Source of the DNA: a virus
Taxonomy: Duplodnaviria > Caudoviricetes
Length of the DNA stretch: 64,000 bases
IMG/VR virus record: IMGVR_UViG_3300025740_000004
Coordinates: 28,375-92,374 of that record
Reading direction: 5' to 3' (one strand)
Made by a program: the position numbers and the translations under genes. The notes below the pieces were generated by a model. The model had not been told where the DNA came from, searched no databases, and worked only from the letters and a program-made list of their open reading frames with translations. Position 1 is the stretch's first letter. Each line of letters starts with the position of its first letter. Positions 30,069 through 39,604 of this stretch are shown here, one piece after another.

Positions 30069-30742
30069 TGTTCTGTATTCCTTGTAAATATAATAAAACA
30101 AGTAATAACATAATTGAATTAGTTAAACAAATAAGACATTTTCATAAAAACGAAAAGATTGTTGTCGTTGATTCTTGTTCAGAAGATAAATCTTATTTCG
30201 AAGAATTGGAAGTTTATGATGCTATTGTTTTAGATGTGAATAATACTAATTGGATGGTTGGTGCGTATCCAAACGAAGAGCATTACTATTTCATCCACGA
30301 TTCTACAAAAATAAAAGCTTCTTTAGATTATTTGAAAACAGACGAGTTAACTTTAATCGCAACGTTTGATAAGAGTGTTGGTAATTTTAATGGATTGAAT
30401 GAAGAAATCAGACAAAAAACAAAGTACAAAAATATAAAAGATTTTGGGTTTGGTTGTTATGGTCCTATGTTTTTTTGTAAAGGAAAATTGATGAATAAAT
30501 TGTATGATAACGATTTTCATTTAATATTACCAAACAACAAACAAGAAACTGGTTGGATGGAAGGTGCATTTGGTGCCGTGTTTGAGGAAGAAGGTTTTGA
30601 TTTAATGAAGTGTTCTCTTTATGGAAACATTTTAGAACATGAATCTCTAGGAGGAAAATCATATCCACACCCTTTTAACACATCTTGGCAGTTTCCAATT
30701 GAAAAATTTTATGCATCACATTTAGACATATCGAGGTTATGA
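30068..30742 (+). CDS. GT2-like glycosyltransferase
   Basis: VVVDSCSED, IHDS. Confidence 0.6.
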   Translation: MFCIPCKYNKTSNNIIELVKQIRHFHKNEKIVVVDSCSEDKSYFEELEVYDAIVLDVNNTNWMVGAYPNEEHYYFIHDSTKIKASLDYLKTDELTLIATFDKSVGNFNGLNEEIRQKTKYKNIKDFGFGCYGPMFFCKGKLMNKLYDNDFHLILPNNKQETGWMEGAFGAVFEEEGFDLMKCSLYGNILEHESLGGKSYPHPFNTSWQFPIEKFYASHLDISRL

Positions 30743-31437
30743 TGGGGATTACTTTCGGAATAATAACAAATGGCGATAGAGATATTTCTGATGTTCTTCA
30801 GTCTATAGTGGATAATAACATAGAACATTTTGAAATAATAGTTGTTGGTGGATTTAGAAAATATGAAAATTTTAAAGTTACTTATATTGAATTTGATGAG
30901 TCTATAAAACCAGCGTGGATAACTAGAAAGAAAAATTTAATAACAAAATATGCAAAATATGAAGATATTGTTTATATGCATGATTATATATTATTATCAA
31001 AAGATTGGTACAAAAACTATAACACAAATTATGATATCTGCTGTAATAGAATATTGAATTCTGATAAGACAAGATTTAGAGATTGGTGTTTGAATGAATT
31101 ACACATGAATACTTTTAGATATATCGGTATGAAACTTTATAATAGAAATATGATAATACCTTATAACTACAACTTCAGCAAATTCATGTACATATCTGGT
31201 TCGTATTTTTTGGCTAAGAAGTATGTGATGGAAGAATTTCCTTTAGACGAAAACTTAGTTTGGGGTCAAGGCGAAGATGTTTATTGGTCTATGAATGTGT
31301 TGTCTAAATATAATTTTACAATGAACGAAAGATGTGAAGTTTATCTTACAAAATACAAAGAACTTGCTTTAGATTTTATAGATGAAACTGATTTGAAATT
31401 GATAGACGATAATTACAAAAATTTGACAAGGGGTTGA
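30739..31437 (+). CDS. GT2-like glycosyltransferase
   Basis: WITRKKN, HDY, WGQGED. Confidence 0.7.
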   Translation: MMGITFGIITNGDRDISDVLQSIVDNNIEHFEIIVVGGFRKYENFKVTYIEFDESIKPAWITRKKNLITKYAKYEDIVYMHDYILLSKDWYKNYNTNYDICCNRILNSDKTRFRDWCLNELHMNTFRYIGMKLYNRNMIIPYNYNFSKFMYISGSYFLAKKYVMEEFPLDENLVWGQGEDVYWSMNVLSKYNFTMNERCEVYLTKYKELALDFIDETDLKLIDDNYKNLTRG

Positions 31438-31438
31438 T

Positions 31439-31984
31439 ATGGAAAACATTTTAGAAGAACTCGCTATAAAATATGGAACAGACAAGCAAATTAAAAATGG
31501 TCATGGATATACTCAATTATACAATGATCTTTTTAAAGACATAAGATTAAATGAGTTAAATTTTTTTGAACTTGGTGTTAGAGGAGGTTGGTCTATTAAC
31601 ATGTGGGCAGAATATTTTCCTAATTCTAAAATATGGTGTATTGATAATGATTTTGAAAAATTGTGTCCAGAAAAATTTGAAAATGATAGGATTAATTTTA
31701 CAATATGTGATCAAGATGATTCGAACAAATTGTCAGAAATTCATAATTTTTCAGGAGATTTTGATATCATTATAGACAACTGTTCTCATATATCACACTT
31801 AACAATTAAAAGTTTTGAAATTCTATTTCATTTCTTAAAAAAAGATGGTATGTATGTTATAGAAGATTTGCATACATGCGATTTTAAAAACTATACACCA
31901 CATGGTCCAACAACATTAGAATACTTCAGAGCAAGTAATTATAATGTAGAATATTTTGGAAAGGTTTGTGTTGTTAGAAAATAA
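31439..31984 (+). CDS. SAM-dependent (sugar O-)methyltransferase
   Basis: YGTDK..HGY, ELGVRGG, DQ, IIDNCSH, YVIED. Confidence 0.8.
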   Translation: MENILEELAIKYGTDKQIKNGHGYTQLYNDLFKDIRLNELNFFELGVRGGWSINMWAEYFPNSKIWCIDNDFEKLCPEKFENDRINFTICDQDDSNKLSEIHNFSGDFDIIIDNCSHISHLTIKSFEILFHFLKKDGMYVIEDLHTCDFKNYTPHGPTTLEYFRASNYNVEYFGKVCVVRK

Positions 31985-32519
31985 TATAAAAGTATTTTTT
32001 CACATATATGATTATCCAAAATCAAAAGATATTGTTGATGAAATGTTATCATATTTTGACAATGAATTAAAACAGAAAATTGAATTTAGTCATAATATAG
32101 ATGAGCTTGATACATTAAATCAGTTACACAATTTCTCAAAAGCAAATGCAGATTATAAAATTCTTTATATTCATACTAAAGGTGCTGTTAATCGAAACGA
32201 AAATGTAGATTCTTGGCGAAAGTATATGTGCAGATATTTGATCAATAATTACAAAGAATGTTTATTAAGTTTATATGATCATGATGTTTGTGGTGTTGAT
32301 TTTAGAAAGGAACCTCAGTCGCATTTTTCTGGAAATTTTTGGTGGGCGAATTGTCAGTATCTAAATAAATTAGAAGAACCAGAAAAAACATATTCGTCAT
32401 TAACTCCAAGACATCGTTCTGAATTTTGGATAGGTACAAAAAGTCCAAAAGTATGTTCTATGATGGATTGTGGTGTTGGTGTTTATGAAAGACATCTGTA
32501 TAACTATGATAATTTTTAG
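31956..32519 (+). CDS. Glycan-related hypothetical protein (HTKG / FSGNFWW family)
   Basis: LYIHTKG, HFSGNFWWAN, E.WIG motifs; start uncertain. Confidence 0.6.
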   Translation: MERFVLLENNIKVFFHIYDYPKSKDIVDEMLSYFDNELKQKIEFSHNIDELDTLNQLHNFSKANADYKILYIHTKGAVNRNENVDSWRKYMCRYLINNYKECLLSLYDHDVCGVDFRKEPQSHFSGNFWWANCQYLNKLEEPEKTYSSLTPRHRSEFWIGTKSPKVCSMMDCGVGVYERHLYNYDNF

Positions 32520-32526
32520 GTGATAT

Positions 32527-33912
32527 ATGAACAAAAAATTGATAATATTCGATCTTGATGGTGTTATAATTGATTCTAGACAACTTCATTTTGATGCTTT
32601 AAATAATGCTTTAAGAGAAGTATCTGAACAGTTTGTCATTTCTACAGAAGATCATAACAAAAGATTTGATGGTCTTCCTACAAACAAAAAATTAGAAATA
32701 CTAACTTCTGAAAGAGGATTGTCTAAAGAACTTCATTCAAAAATATGGAAAGATAAACAAGAAAAAACATTTGAATCAATTAAACATACCGTTGTTAAAG
32801 ACGAAAAACTTATAGATATTTTCAATAATCTTAAATCAATTGGTTGTAAAATTTGTGTTGCTTCTAATTCTATCGCACTTACAATTGAACTTATATTGAA
32901 ACAAAAAGAAATTTATGATTTGGTTGATTTGGTTGTATCTAATGAAGATGTTAAATTTCCAAAACCAAATCCTCAGATGTATTTAAAGTGTATGACAACT
33001 TTCGGGATTTCTCCAAGGGACACAATTATAGTAGAAGATTCTTTTGTTGGTAGACAGGCTGCATTTGATTCTGGGGCTGTTGTGTGTCCTGTAAAAAATA
33101 CAAAAGAAGTAACATTTGAAAGAATTTATAATTACATAGATAGGAAAAAAGATAAAATGAAATGGACAAACAAAAATTTAAATGTGTTGATTCCTATGGC
33201 AGGAGAAGGATCTAGGTTTTCAAAAGCTGGTTATACATTTCCAAAACCAATCATAGAAGTAAATGGAAAACCTATGATTCAATTGGTTGTAGAAAACCTA
33301 AACTTAGATGCCAATTACATTTATATTATTAGAAAAGAACACAATGAAAAGTTTGGAATTTCTAGTATGTTGAATCAAATTACTCCTGGTTGTAAGATCG
33401 TAGAAGTAGACTATCTCACAGAAGGAGCAGCATATACAACTCTATTAGCAAAAGAGTTTATAGACAATGATATGGAGCTTCTTATTGCTAATTCGGATCA
33501 ATATGTAGAATGGGAATCTGGAGAATTTTATCATACAATTAACAATCCAAATATAGATGGTGCAATTTTATGTTTCGAGAACACTAATCCAAAATGGTCT
33601 TATGTTAAATTGAATTCTGATGGAAATGTTTCTGAAGTTAAAGAGAAAGAAGTCATTAGTAATTTAGCAACAATAGGAATTTATTATTGGGCTTCTGGTA
33701 AAGATTATGTTAAATATGCAGAACAAATGATTTCTAAAGATATTCGATATGGACAATTATTTAATGGACGAAGAGAATTTTATGTAGCTCCTGTATACAA
33801 TGAAGCATTTTTAGAAAACAAAATTGTGAAACCATATACTGTTCAAAAAATGTATGGCCTTGGAACACCAGAAGATCTTGAAATTTTTGTGAGAAATTAT
33901 GAACCTAAATGA
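32527..33912 (+). CDS. HAD phosphatase fused to nucleotidyltransferase
   Basis: FDLDGV..KPNP..EDS, then IPMAGEGSRF..PKP..GLGTPEDL. Confidence 0.88.
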   Translation: MNKKLIIFDLDGVIIDSRQLHFDALNNALREVSEQFVISTEDHNKRFDGLPTNKKLEILTSERGLSKELHSKIWKDKQEKTFESIKHTVVKDEKLIDIFNNLKSIGCKICVASNSIALTIELILKQKEIYDLVDLVVSNEDVKFPKPNPQMYLKCMTTFGISPRDTIIVEDSFVGRQAAFDSGAVVCPVKNTKEVTFERIYNYIDRKKDKMKWTNKNLNVLIPMAGEGSRFSKAGYTFPKPIIEVNGKPMIQLVVENLNLDANYIYIIRKEHNEKFGISSMLNQITPGCKIVEVDYLTEGAAYTTLLAKEFIDNDMELLIANSDQYVEWESGEFYHTINNPNIDGAILCFENTNPKWSYVKLNSDGNVSEVKEKEVISNLATIGIYYWASGKDYVKYAEQMISKDIRYGQLFNGRREFYVAPVYNEAFLENKIVKPYTVQKMYGLGTPEDLEIFVRNYEPK

Positions 33913-34210
33913 TTTTACAAAAGGATGGTTGGTTGGGGATTTTGTTCCAGCTATTATAAATTCAAAAGATATAGAAGTTGGTGTAAAAAAATATAAAAAA
34001 GGAGATGTTGAAAATACGCATGTTCACAATATCATAACAGAATACACAATCATATTGATAGGAAAAGTTAAAATGCTTGATAAAATATTTTTTGAAAACG
34101 ATGTTGTGAAAATTGATCCAGGCATTCCTACAAGTTTTGAATGTTTAGAAGATTGTATAACTCTTGTGATAAAAACACCAAGCATTCCATCTGATAAAGA
34201 AATTCTATAA
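33899..34210 (+). CDS. Cupin-domain protein
   Basis: GWLVGDF.P, H.H....E. Confidence 0.75.
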   Translation: MNLNDFTKGWLVGDFVPAIINSKDIEVGVKKYKKGDVENTHVHNIITEYTIILIGKVKMLDKIFFENDVVKIDPGIPTSFECLEDCITLVIKTPSIPSDKEIL

Positions 34211-34264
34211 TCTCTTTTCTATAAAGTCTTGTTTGATTAAAGGAAATTTGTTTGTTTTTGTAGT

Positions 34265-34612
34265 ATGAGTTAATACATGTTGTTCTATAGGAGTTAGATC
34301 GTTTAATTCTAATAATCCAAATGCTAATCTAGTTGGAAATGGTGGTTTAGTCTTAGATCTAAAAAAATATTAGAACTTCCATCGGTAAAGAATATTAAAT
34401 TAATATCTACTAATGATATGCCTTATCCAGTAGAAGATATTAATTATTGTGCGTATAATTTGAAGACATTTTTGGATAATAATATAAAATATGTGCCTAT
34501 ACAATTGGCTTCCAAATTTTCAACAGAAATTAATATACCAAGTATTTCTAGAGAATCTTTTGGGTTTCATAGCTTTAAATTTAATCCGCAATATTCAAAT
34601 ATATTAATTTAA
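34265..34612 (+). pseudogene. Frameshifted DUF5672-like glycan gene remnant
   Basis: GTT GGA AAT GGT GGT TT AGT CTT AGA TCT AAA reads VGNGG(F)SLRSK with 1 nt missing; downstream ED..C, A..FS.E and FGFH motifs. Confidence 0.7.
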
Positions 34613-34622
34613 CTTTCTTTTG

Positions 34623-34670
34623 AAAATTTTAAAAAAATCCCTTGACAACCAAAATTAAATGTGCTATCTT
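34623..34670 (+). promoter_or_regulatory. Phage sigma70-type promoter (family copy)
   Basis: TTGACA-accaaaATTAAAtgtgc-TATCTT. Confidence 0.75.
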
Positions 34671-34692
34671 ATGTTTAGAAAAGGAACCAATT

Positions 34693-35040
34693 ATGAAAAA
34701 TTACTCTATTAAAACTCTAGTGTCTAAAAATCTTATCGATCCAAATGAATATAAATTCTTCTATACTCCAGAAGATGGGATAATATTAAACTATATTGAT
34801 ATCGAAAAGTATAATAATTCTCTATCAAATATTGAAAATGTTTCGTTTGAACCTGTATGCGATGATACTTATGAAAAATTCGAATTTAATAACAAACAAG
34901 AATATCAAGTTGTTAAGAGTATTATTGTTGATAAACTTAATGCTCTAGGATTTCATCATGATCTAGTGACTCAAAAATACTATGACGATATTTTAGAAAC
35001 AGAAGATGATGTAGAATATTGTTGTGTGACGTATTGGTAA
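34693..35040 (+). CDS. Hypothetical protein
   Basis: AAGGA RBS before ATG 34693; the TTG at 34642 in the ORF track is the -35 box. Confidence 0.7.
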   Translation: MKNYSIKTLVSKNLIDPNEYKFFYTPEDGIILNYIDIEKYNNSLSNIENVSFEPVCDDTYEKFEFNNKQEYQVVKSIIVDKLNALGFHHDLVTQKYYDDILETEDDVEYCCVTYW

Positions 35041-35048
35041 AATTTTAG

Positions 35049-35765
35049 TCAAACTTTCTTTTGGATAAAGTCTCTTCTAATCAAAGGGATTTTATTTTTT
35101 GGAGTAGTATGTGTAAGAACGTGTTTATATTTTTCTGATAAACATTCTACATCAATTGTATGAGTCTTTACCAAAAGTTCATTGTAAAGTAAATAACACA
35201 TCCAAAAAGAGTCTATGAGATCACTGCGAGGAGATATCCCATTACGATCTCTTAAATTTACAAACTTTCCTCTTTTATGAATAGGAATTTCTGGTAAATA
35301 TGAAACATCAATTTTTTGAACATCTAGTTTATTAAATTCATCTTCCATATCTGGTTTTTCATGTTTACCATTTCCAGCAAATTGTTTAACTTGTAATGGA
35401 CTGATCAATCTTATTTTAGTTCCTTGTCTTAATAATTGAAATTTAACTTGTGAACAAAACTCTGCAATTTCAGTGATATCACCATTCCCAGCAAACGCAT
35501 AGTCTTCCAAAATTGCATAGTCTACATCTTTAATAAAATCAAAAATATATTCATCCATCATAATTGTTCTATTAAAGAAATCATATTTTTCTTTTTCGTA
35601 ACTTATAATATCTTTATATTCAGGAACTTTAAATTCCTTTTTCTTAGGAACTGTATAAGCACAAAATCCTAATTTCTGTATATCTAAAATTTTCATATCT
35701 TCATCTAAAATAAATTTAGTAAATCCTGATGAGGTAGGGCTTAAATCTGCTCCTAAAATGATCAT
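35049..35765 (-). CDS. RuvC-like Holliday junction resolvase/nuclease
   Basis: ILGADLSPTSSG, LEDYAF, P..VK.FAGNG, DLIDS. Confidence 0.8.
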   Translation of the reverse strand: MIILGADLSPTSSGFTKFILDEDMKILDIQKLGFCAYTVPKKKEFKVPEYKDIISYEKEKYDFFNRTIMMDEYIFDFIKDVDYAILEDYAFAGNGDITEIAEFCSQVKFQLLRQGTKIRLISPLQVKQFAGNGKHEKPDMEDEFNKLDVQKIDVSYLPEIPIHKRGKFVNLRDRNGISPRSDLIDSFWMCYLLYNELLVKTHTIDVECLSEKYKHVLTHTTPKNKIPLIRRDFIQKKV

Positions 35766-35815
35766 AAATAAATTTCCTTTCAATAAATAGTTATGATTAT
35801 TTATAAGGATCTAAA

Positions 35816-36370
35816 ATGGGATTTAAACAATTTTTATTAGAAGCTAGACAAACGATTCCTCAGATTTGGTATCATGGGACTTCTGTGGATTTTAAAGAGT
35901 TTGATCTAAAATATATAATAACTGATAAATCAAATGCTGCTGATGGTCCTGGATTTTATTTAACCAATCAAGATGAAGATGCTGGAAATTATGCTAGAGG
36001 TTATATTAAAACTGTTGAACTTTTAAAAACATCAAATATAAAACTAGGATCTTCAAAATTTAATAAACAATTTTTTGAAAAACTTGTAGATGATATGCCA
36101 GATAAAGAAATAGTTTTATCAAATTGGGACGAAAATCCAAAAATTGCTATGAGAGATCTAAAGAAATCTATTTTTGATACGACTAAAACTCTTAGAGATA
36201 TTATAAATGAAGTTTGGGGTGAATGTTATAAAGGATATGAAAAAGAATTATTAAAGAAATTAGTAGATGAAGGAATTGATGGAATTATTGTTAAACAAAG
36301 ATTCGGAGTTCTTCATCTAATATGTTTTAATAAAGATATTCTTAAAATTGTAAAAACAGAAAAGCTCTAA
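35816..36370 (+). CDS. ADP-ribosyltransferase-like late protein with capsid-targeting-like leader
   Basis: MGFKQFLLEA; WYHGTS..F..FD, GPGFYLT..A..YA, GIDGII; ATAAATA at ~35783. Confidence 0.7.
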   Translation: MGFKQFLLEARQTIPQIWYHGTSVDFKEFDLKYIITDKSNAADGPGFYLTNQDEDAGNYARGYIKTVELLKTSNIKLGSSKFNKQFFEKLVDDMPDKEIVLSNWDENPKIAMRDLKKSIFDTTKTLRDIINEVWGECYKGYEKELLKKLVDEGIDGIIVKQRFGVLHLICFNKDILKIVKTEKL

Positions 36371-36534
36371 GAAATTATATCTTTGAATTTTGGTATTTCG
36401 AATTTCTTCTTTTTTGGAATTTCATATGCGTAAAATCCAAGTTTCTTAATTTCAAGTATATTCATTTCTTCGTCTAAAATAAATTTGACGAGTCCTGACG
36501 ATGTGGGACTAAGATCTAATCCAAGTATATTCAT
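36367..36534 (-). pseudogene. Truncated diverged copy of the RuvC-like gene 5' end (55 aa)
   Basis: MNILGLDLSPTSSGLVKFILDEEMNILEIKKLGFYAYEIPKKKKFEIPKFKDIIS* versus MIILGADLSPTSSGFTKFILDEDMKILDIQKLGFCAYTVPKKKEFKVPEYKDIIS. Confidence 0.9.
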
Positions 36535-36574
36535 ATATTCCTTCAATTGTTTATGATATTTATAGATAATAGTT

Positions 36575-37057
36575 TCAATTATTTTTTATCATTTGTTCAT
36601 AATATCTAATTAGTTGATCTTCTGTTTTGAAATATAATATGTCTTTTGGTTTATAATTTACTATTTCTCGTCCTTTAATTATAAATCCATCATATCCAAT
36701 ATTTAACATTTCTTTTTCGAATGATGTATTATTTTCAAAGAATCCGATGTTATATGATTCATTATGTTTGTCGCAGAATTTTTTAATTATTGTCTGTCTC
36801 CAAATTTCAGCATCATTCAAGGAGTTTACAATTTTTGGATTTTTTGGAATTGCATTTACTACAAATCTTAATTCTCCATATTGTTTAATGAATTTTTTAT
36901 TGCTTAATGGAACTGTGTATAATCCAGAACCAAATGATCCATATATTTGATTATCATTGTTTCCTTCTTTTACTCCACGCAATGTAACATTATTTTTCTT
37001 CCAATTTTTATAATCATCAATGCTTTCATTTAATATTAAAAATTCTGTAAATAACAT
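36575..37057 (-). CDS. ART-like late protein with capsid-targeting-like leader
   Basis: MLFTEFLILNES; TLRG..FGSGLY..YG..GYDGFII; TATAAATA upstream. Confidence 0.6.
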   Translation of the reverse strand: MLFTEFLILNESIDDYKNWKKNNVTLRGVKEGNNDNQIYGSFGSGLYTVPLSNKKFIKQYGELRFVVNAIPKNPKIVNSLNDAEIWRQTIIKKFCDKHNESYNIGFFENNTSFEKEMLNIGYDGFIIKGREIVNYKPKDILYFKTEDQLIRYYEQMIKNN

Positions 37058-37094
37058 ATGATTCCTGGTATTTGTTGAAATATTTATATAAAAA

Positions 37095-37123
37095 TGCTTT
37101 AGAATTTTATTTCTAAAGCTTTT
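37095..37123 (-). terminator. Intrinsic terminator
   Basis: GCTTTAGAA/TTCTAAAGC stem with T-rich tail on the minus strand. Confidence 0.6.
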
Positions 37124-37146
37124 CGATAATCAATCTATAAAATTAA

Positions 37147-37434
37147 TTAGTCTTCGTCTTCTTCAGTTTCTAATTCTGTACCAACGAGTTCTGCAATCTT
37201 TTGAACTGCTTTAAGAGCCTTTTCATCTTCAGTTTTGGTAAGATATTCAGCAAGCTTTGAAACAACAGTATCTAAAGCTTTGAAATTCTTTACCTTTCTC
37301 TCTTCCTTCTCGTCTTCCATTTCATCCTTCTGAACTTTCTTAGAAGGTTTTTCTTCTTTCTTCATTTCTTTAGGACAAATAGTAGCCTTTTCAGTAAGGT
37401 ATCTATTAACTTTATCAAAATCTACATCTTTCAT
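37147..37434 (-). CDS. Small charged late protein (scaffold/internal-like)
   Basis: CAGGAG RBS, ATAAATA box; leader ends YLTE. Confidence 0.7.
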   Translation of the reverse strand: MKDVDFDKVNRYLTEKATICPKEMKKEEKPSKKVQKDEMEDEKEERKVKNFKALDTVVSKLAEYLTKTEDEKALKAVQKIAELVGTELETEEDED

Positions 37435-37480
37435 ATTGGTTTAACTCCTGTTATTAAAATTATTTATCGAAACTATAGAA

Positions 37481-37714
37481 TTATTTTTCTAAAATCTTCT
37501 GAATCTTTTCGAACTGCTCTTTGGTAATAGATAACCAACGAGTTTCAGATTTTTCTCCCATAATTTTAATTTGAGGTTTAAAATCTTTAGAAAGTTTTAT
37601 TTTAGAAAACTCGTACTTAATATAATCCTTATCACTAAAATTAGTTTCCTTGTCTTTTGAAATAGTATTCTTCTCTTCGAGTAAATAATTTGTCTTAGTA
37701 AAATCTATATTCAT
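37481..37714 (-). CDS. Small late protein (leader MNIDFTKTNYLLEE)
   Basis: GGGAG RBS before ATG 37714. Confidence 0.65.
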   Translation of the reverse strand: MNIDFTKTNYLLEEKNTISKDKETNFSDKDYIKYEFSKIKLSKDFKPQIKIMGEKSETRWLSITKEQFEKIQKILEK

Positions 37715-37716
37715 TT

Positions 37717-38469
37717 TTATGCTCCCTTCTTTGTAATAGCTTTGTAAATTGCTTTCTTCTCTTCTTCTGACCAATTTCCAGATAAATGATAAGTTAAATA
37801 TTTTGTTTCACCAGTCTTATAATTTTCTTCACCATCATCTTTATAATATGTCCCAGAATGATATGATCCATTTGAAGGATTATTAGCAAAATTGTTCTTT
37901 AAGAATTTAATCGCATCTTCTACAGAATCAAATTCTTCACCTTCTTCATCTTCCCAACCCTTATCGTCAGTTTCACCAGCTTCTATAGAATCTTCATCCC
38001 AAATTTCATAAGAGACTGTAATTCTTTTACTATCATCTTTAGATTCATTAATGCTTTTATTATATTTGTCTGCAATTTTTTTAGCAGTTTGTTTTGATTT
38101 TTCAGAAATATCACCTTGAAAGTCTGACCAAGTTTTTGATTTTTTATCATATACTGCATATTCAGCATCATCGGCATCTTCTCTAGGATATATACCAACT
38201 TCAAAGGTTTTAACAGATTCTAATAATTTATTTTTAATATTTTCATTGATAGGTTCTACTTTAACTGCTTTTAACATAACTGGAGTTTTATCTTTAGACA
38301 TAGCTTTAACATTCTTTCCTAGATACGCCTTTTTACCAGCTTCGAAAGATCCTTTAAACTCTATATCTTTTTTCATGCCATTATCAAAAGTAACTCTTAA
38401 AACAGTTTTCGCTTCTGTTAGAGTATGTTTATCTTGTAAAAGTTTGTTTACTGATTCAAATAAATCCAT
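37717..38469 (-). CDS. Multi-domain late protein with repeated (L/I)xE cleavage-like sites
   Basis: LFES, LTEA, INEN, LLES and INES separate short domains; GAGGA RBS. Confidence 0.7.
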   Translation of the reverse strand: MDLFESVNKLLQDKHTLTEAKTVLRVTFDNGMKKDIEFKGSFEAGKKAYLGKNVKAMSKDKTPVMLKAVKVEPINENIKNKLLESVKTFEVGIYPREDADDAEYAVYDKKSKTWSDFQGDISEKSKQTAKKIADKYNKSINESKDDSKRITVSYEIWDEDSIEAGETDDKGWEDEEGEEFDSVEDAIKFLKNNFANNPSNGSYHSGTYYKDDGEENYKTGETKYLTYHLSGNWSEEEKKAIYKAITKKGA

Positions 38470-38493
38470 TGGAAAATCCTCTTTTATCATTAT

Positions 38494-38865
38494 TTATTTT
38501 AATTGATTTAATGCTATTCTAATTTGATGGGCAATCTCAGATTCATTTCCCATAAAGAAATATCTCTTCTTATCATACTCTATTCCAAAAACCTTTCCGC
38601 CCATCTTTGCATGAATAAATCCTAAAACATATCCAGAGTCTAAAAGTTCTTCATGATCATTTAAACCATAGTCATCATAAGTCACTGCAATATCTTGTAA
38701 TACTGTATGAACTTTTCTAGGATCTATTCCTTTCTCTTTTAGATAATATTTTAAAATATCTTCTATAGTATCTGATTCTGAAAATTCAAATTTTAATTTA
38801 GAAAAATCCCCATTATTACTTTCCATGAGATTTTGTCTTTTTTCTTTTAGATAACTTTTAAACAT
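38494..38865 (-). CDS. Late protein with leader MFKSYLKE..LMES
   Basis: AAGGAG RBS; leader motif. Confidence 0.7.
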   Translation of the reverse strand: MFKSYLKEKRQNLMESNNGDFSKLKFEFSESDTIEDILKYYLKEKGIDPRKVHTVLQDIAVTYDDYGLNDHEELLDSGYVLGFIHAKMGGKVFGIEYDKKRYFFMGNESEIAHQIRIALNQLK

Positions 38866-39604
38866 TCTTACTCCTTCCTTTATCTAATAATAGCTTCTTC
38901 ATAAACTCTTTGTAACTCTTCCATGCTTCTTTATCATCAAAATAATCTAACTCTTTTTGATAATTTGAATGTGAAATTTTTGGAATCCATTGATCAATTT
39001 CTTTTAATATCTTAGAATATTCCATACCTTTTAAAATCATATTCTCTATATTTCTCTCGGCCATTGTAGAAAGATTTGCCTTCTTCTCCCAAGGGAATGA
39101 AATGTATTGTTTATAATTTTTTGACTTCAATTGATCTTGCATTTGACCATCGACATCTAATTCTTTTCTAATCGTCCTGTCGTTATTAATAGGGTCTAAT
39201 GCGTGGCAAATTTCATGTCTAACCCTATCTATAAAATCTTCTTTGATAGATTTGTCTGAAAAGTTTTTAATCTGCTTTGGAGACATAAAATAAATTGTAA
39301 CTCTATTCATTTTTCCTACATCAAATCCACCATCGAATCTAATCAAATCTTTTTCAGGTTTTTGTGAAATTGTAAAAATGATCTTGTTAGAATTTTCATA
39401 AACATCATGAGTTATTCTTCTTTTAAAAATGTCTACAGAATCATGAGATAAGTTTCCTAAAATATGCTCCGGAGAATAACCTTCACGTTTTTGTAATTTC
39501 AACCATTCAGAAGTTAATTCATAAGCTTGATTTGCATAGTCTTTCATATCATCAGAAAGAGTCATTAAATTTGTAGATTCGAAAAGTGCTCTAAAAGAAA
39601 TCAT
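38858..39604 (-). CDS. HExxH zinc-metallopeptidase-like late protein
   Basis: MISFRALFES; RHEICHALDP..Y..FPWE. Confidence 0.7.
   Translation of the reverse strand: MISFRALFESTNLMTLSDDMKDYANQAYELTSEWLKLQKREGYSPEHILGNLSHDSVDIFKRRITHDVYENSNKIIFTISQKPEKDLIRFDGGFDVGKMNRVTIYFMSPKQIKNFSDKSIKEDFIDRVRHEICHALDPINNDRTIRKELDVDGQMQDQLKSKNYKQYISFPWEKKANLSTMAERNIENMILKGMEYSKILKEIDQWIPKISHSNYQKELDYFDDKEAWKSYKEFMKKLLLDKGRSKNV

Noticed and set aside
34642-34692. TTG start for ORF 34642..35040
   Set aside because: The TTG is the -35 hexamer; an SD-led ATG lies at 34693.
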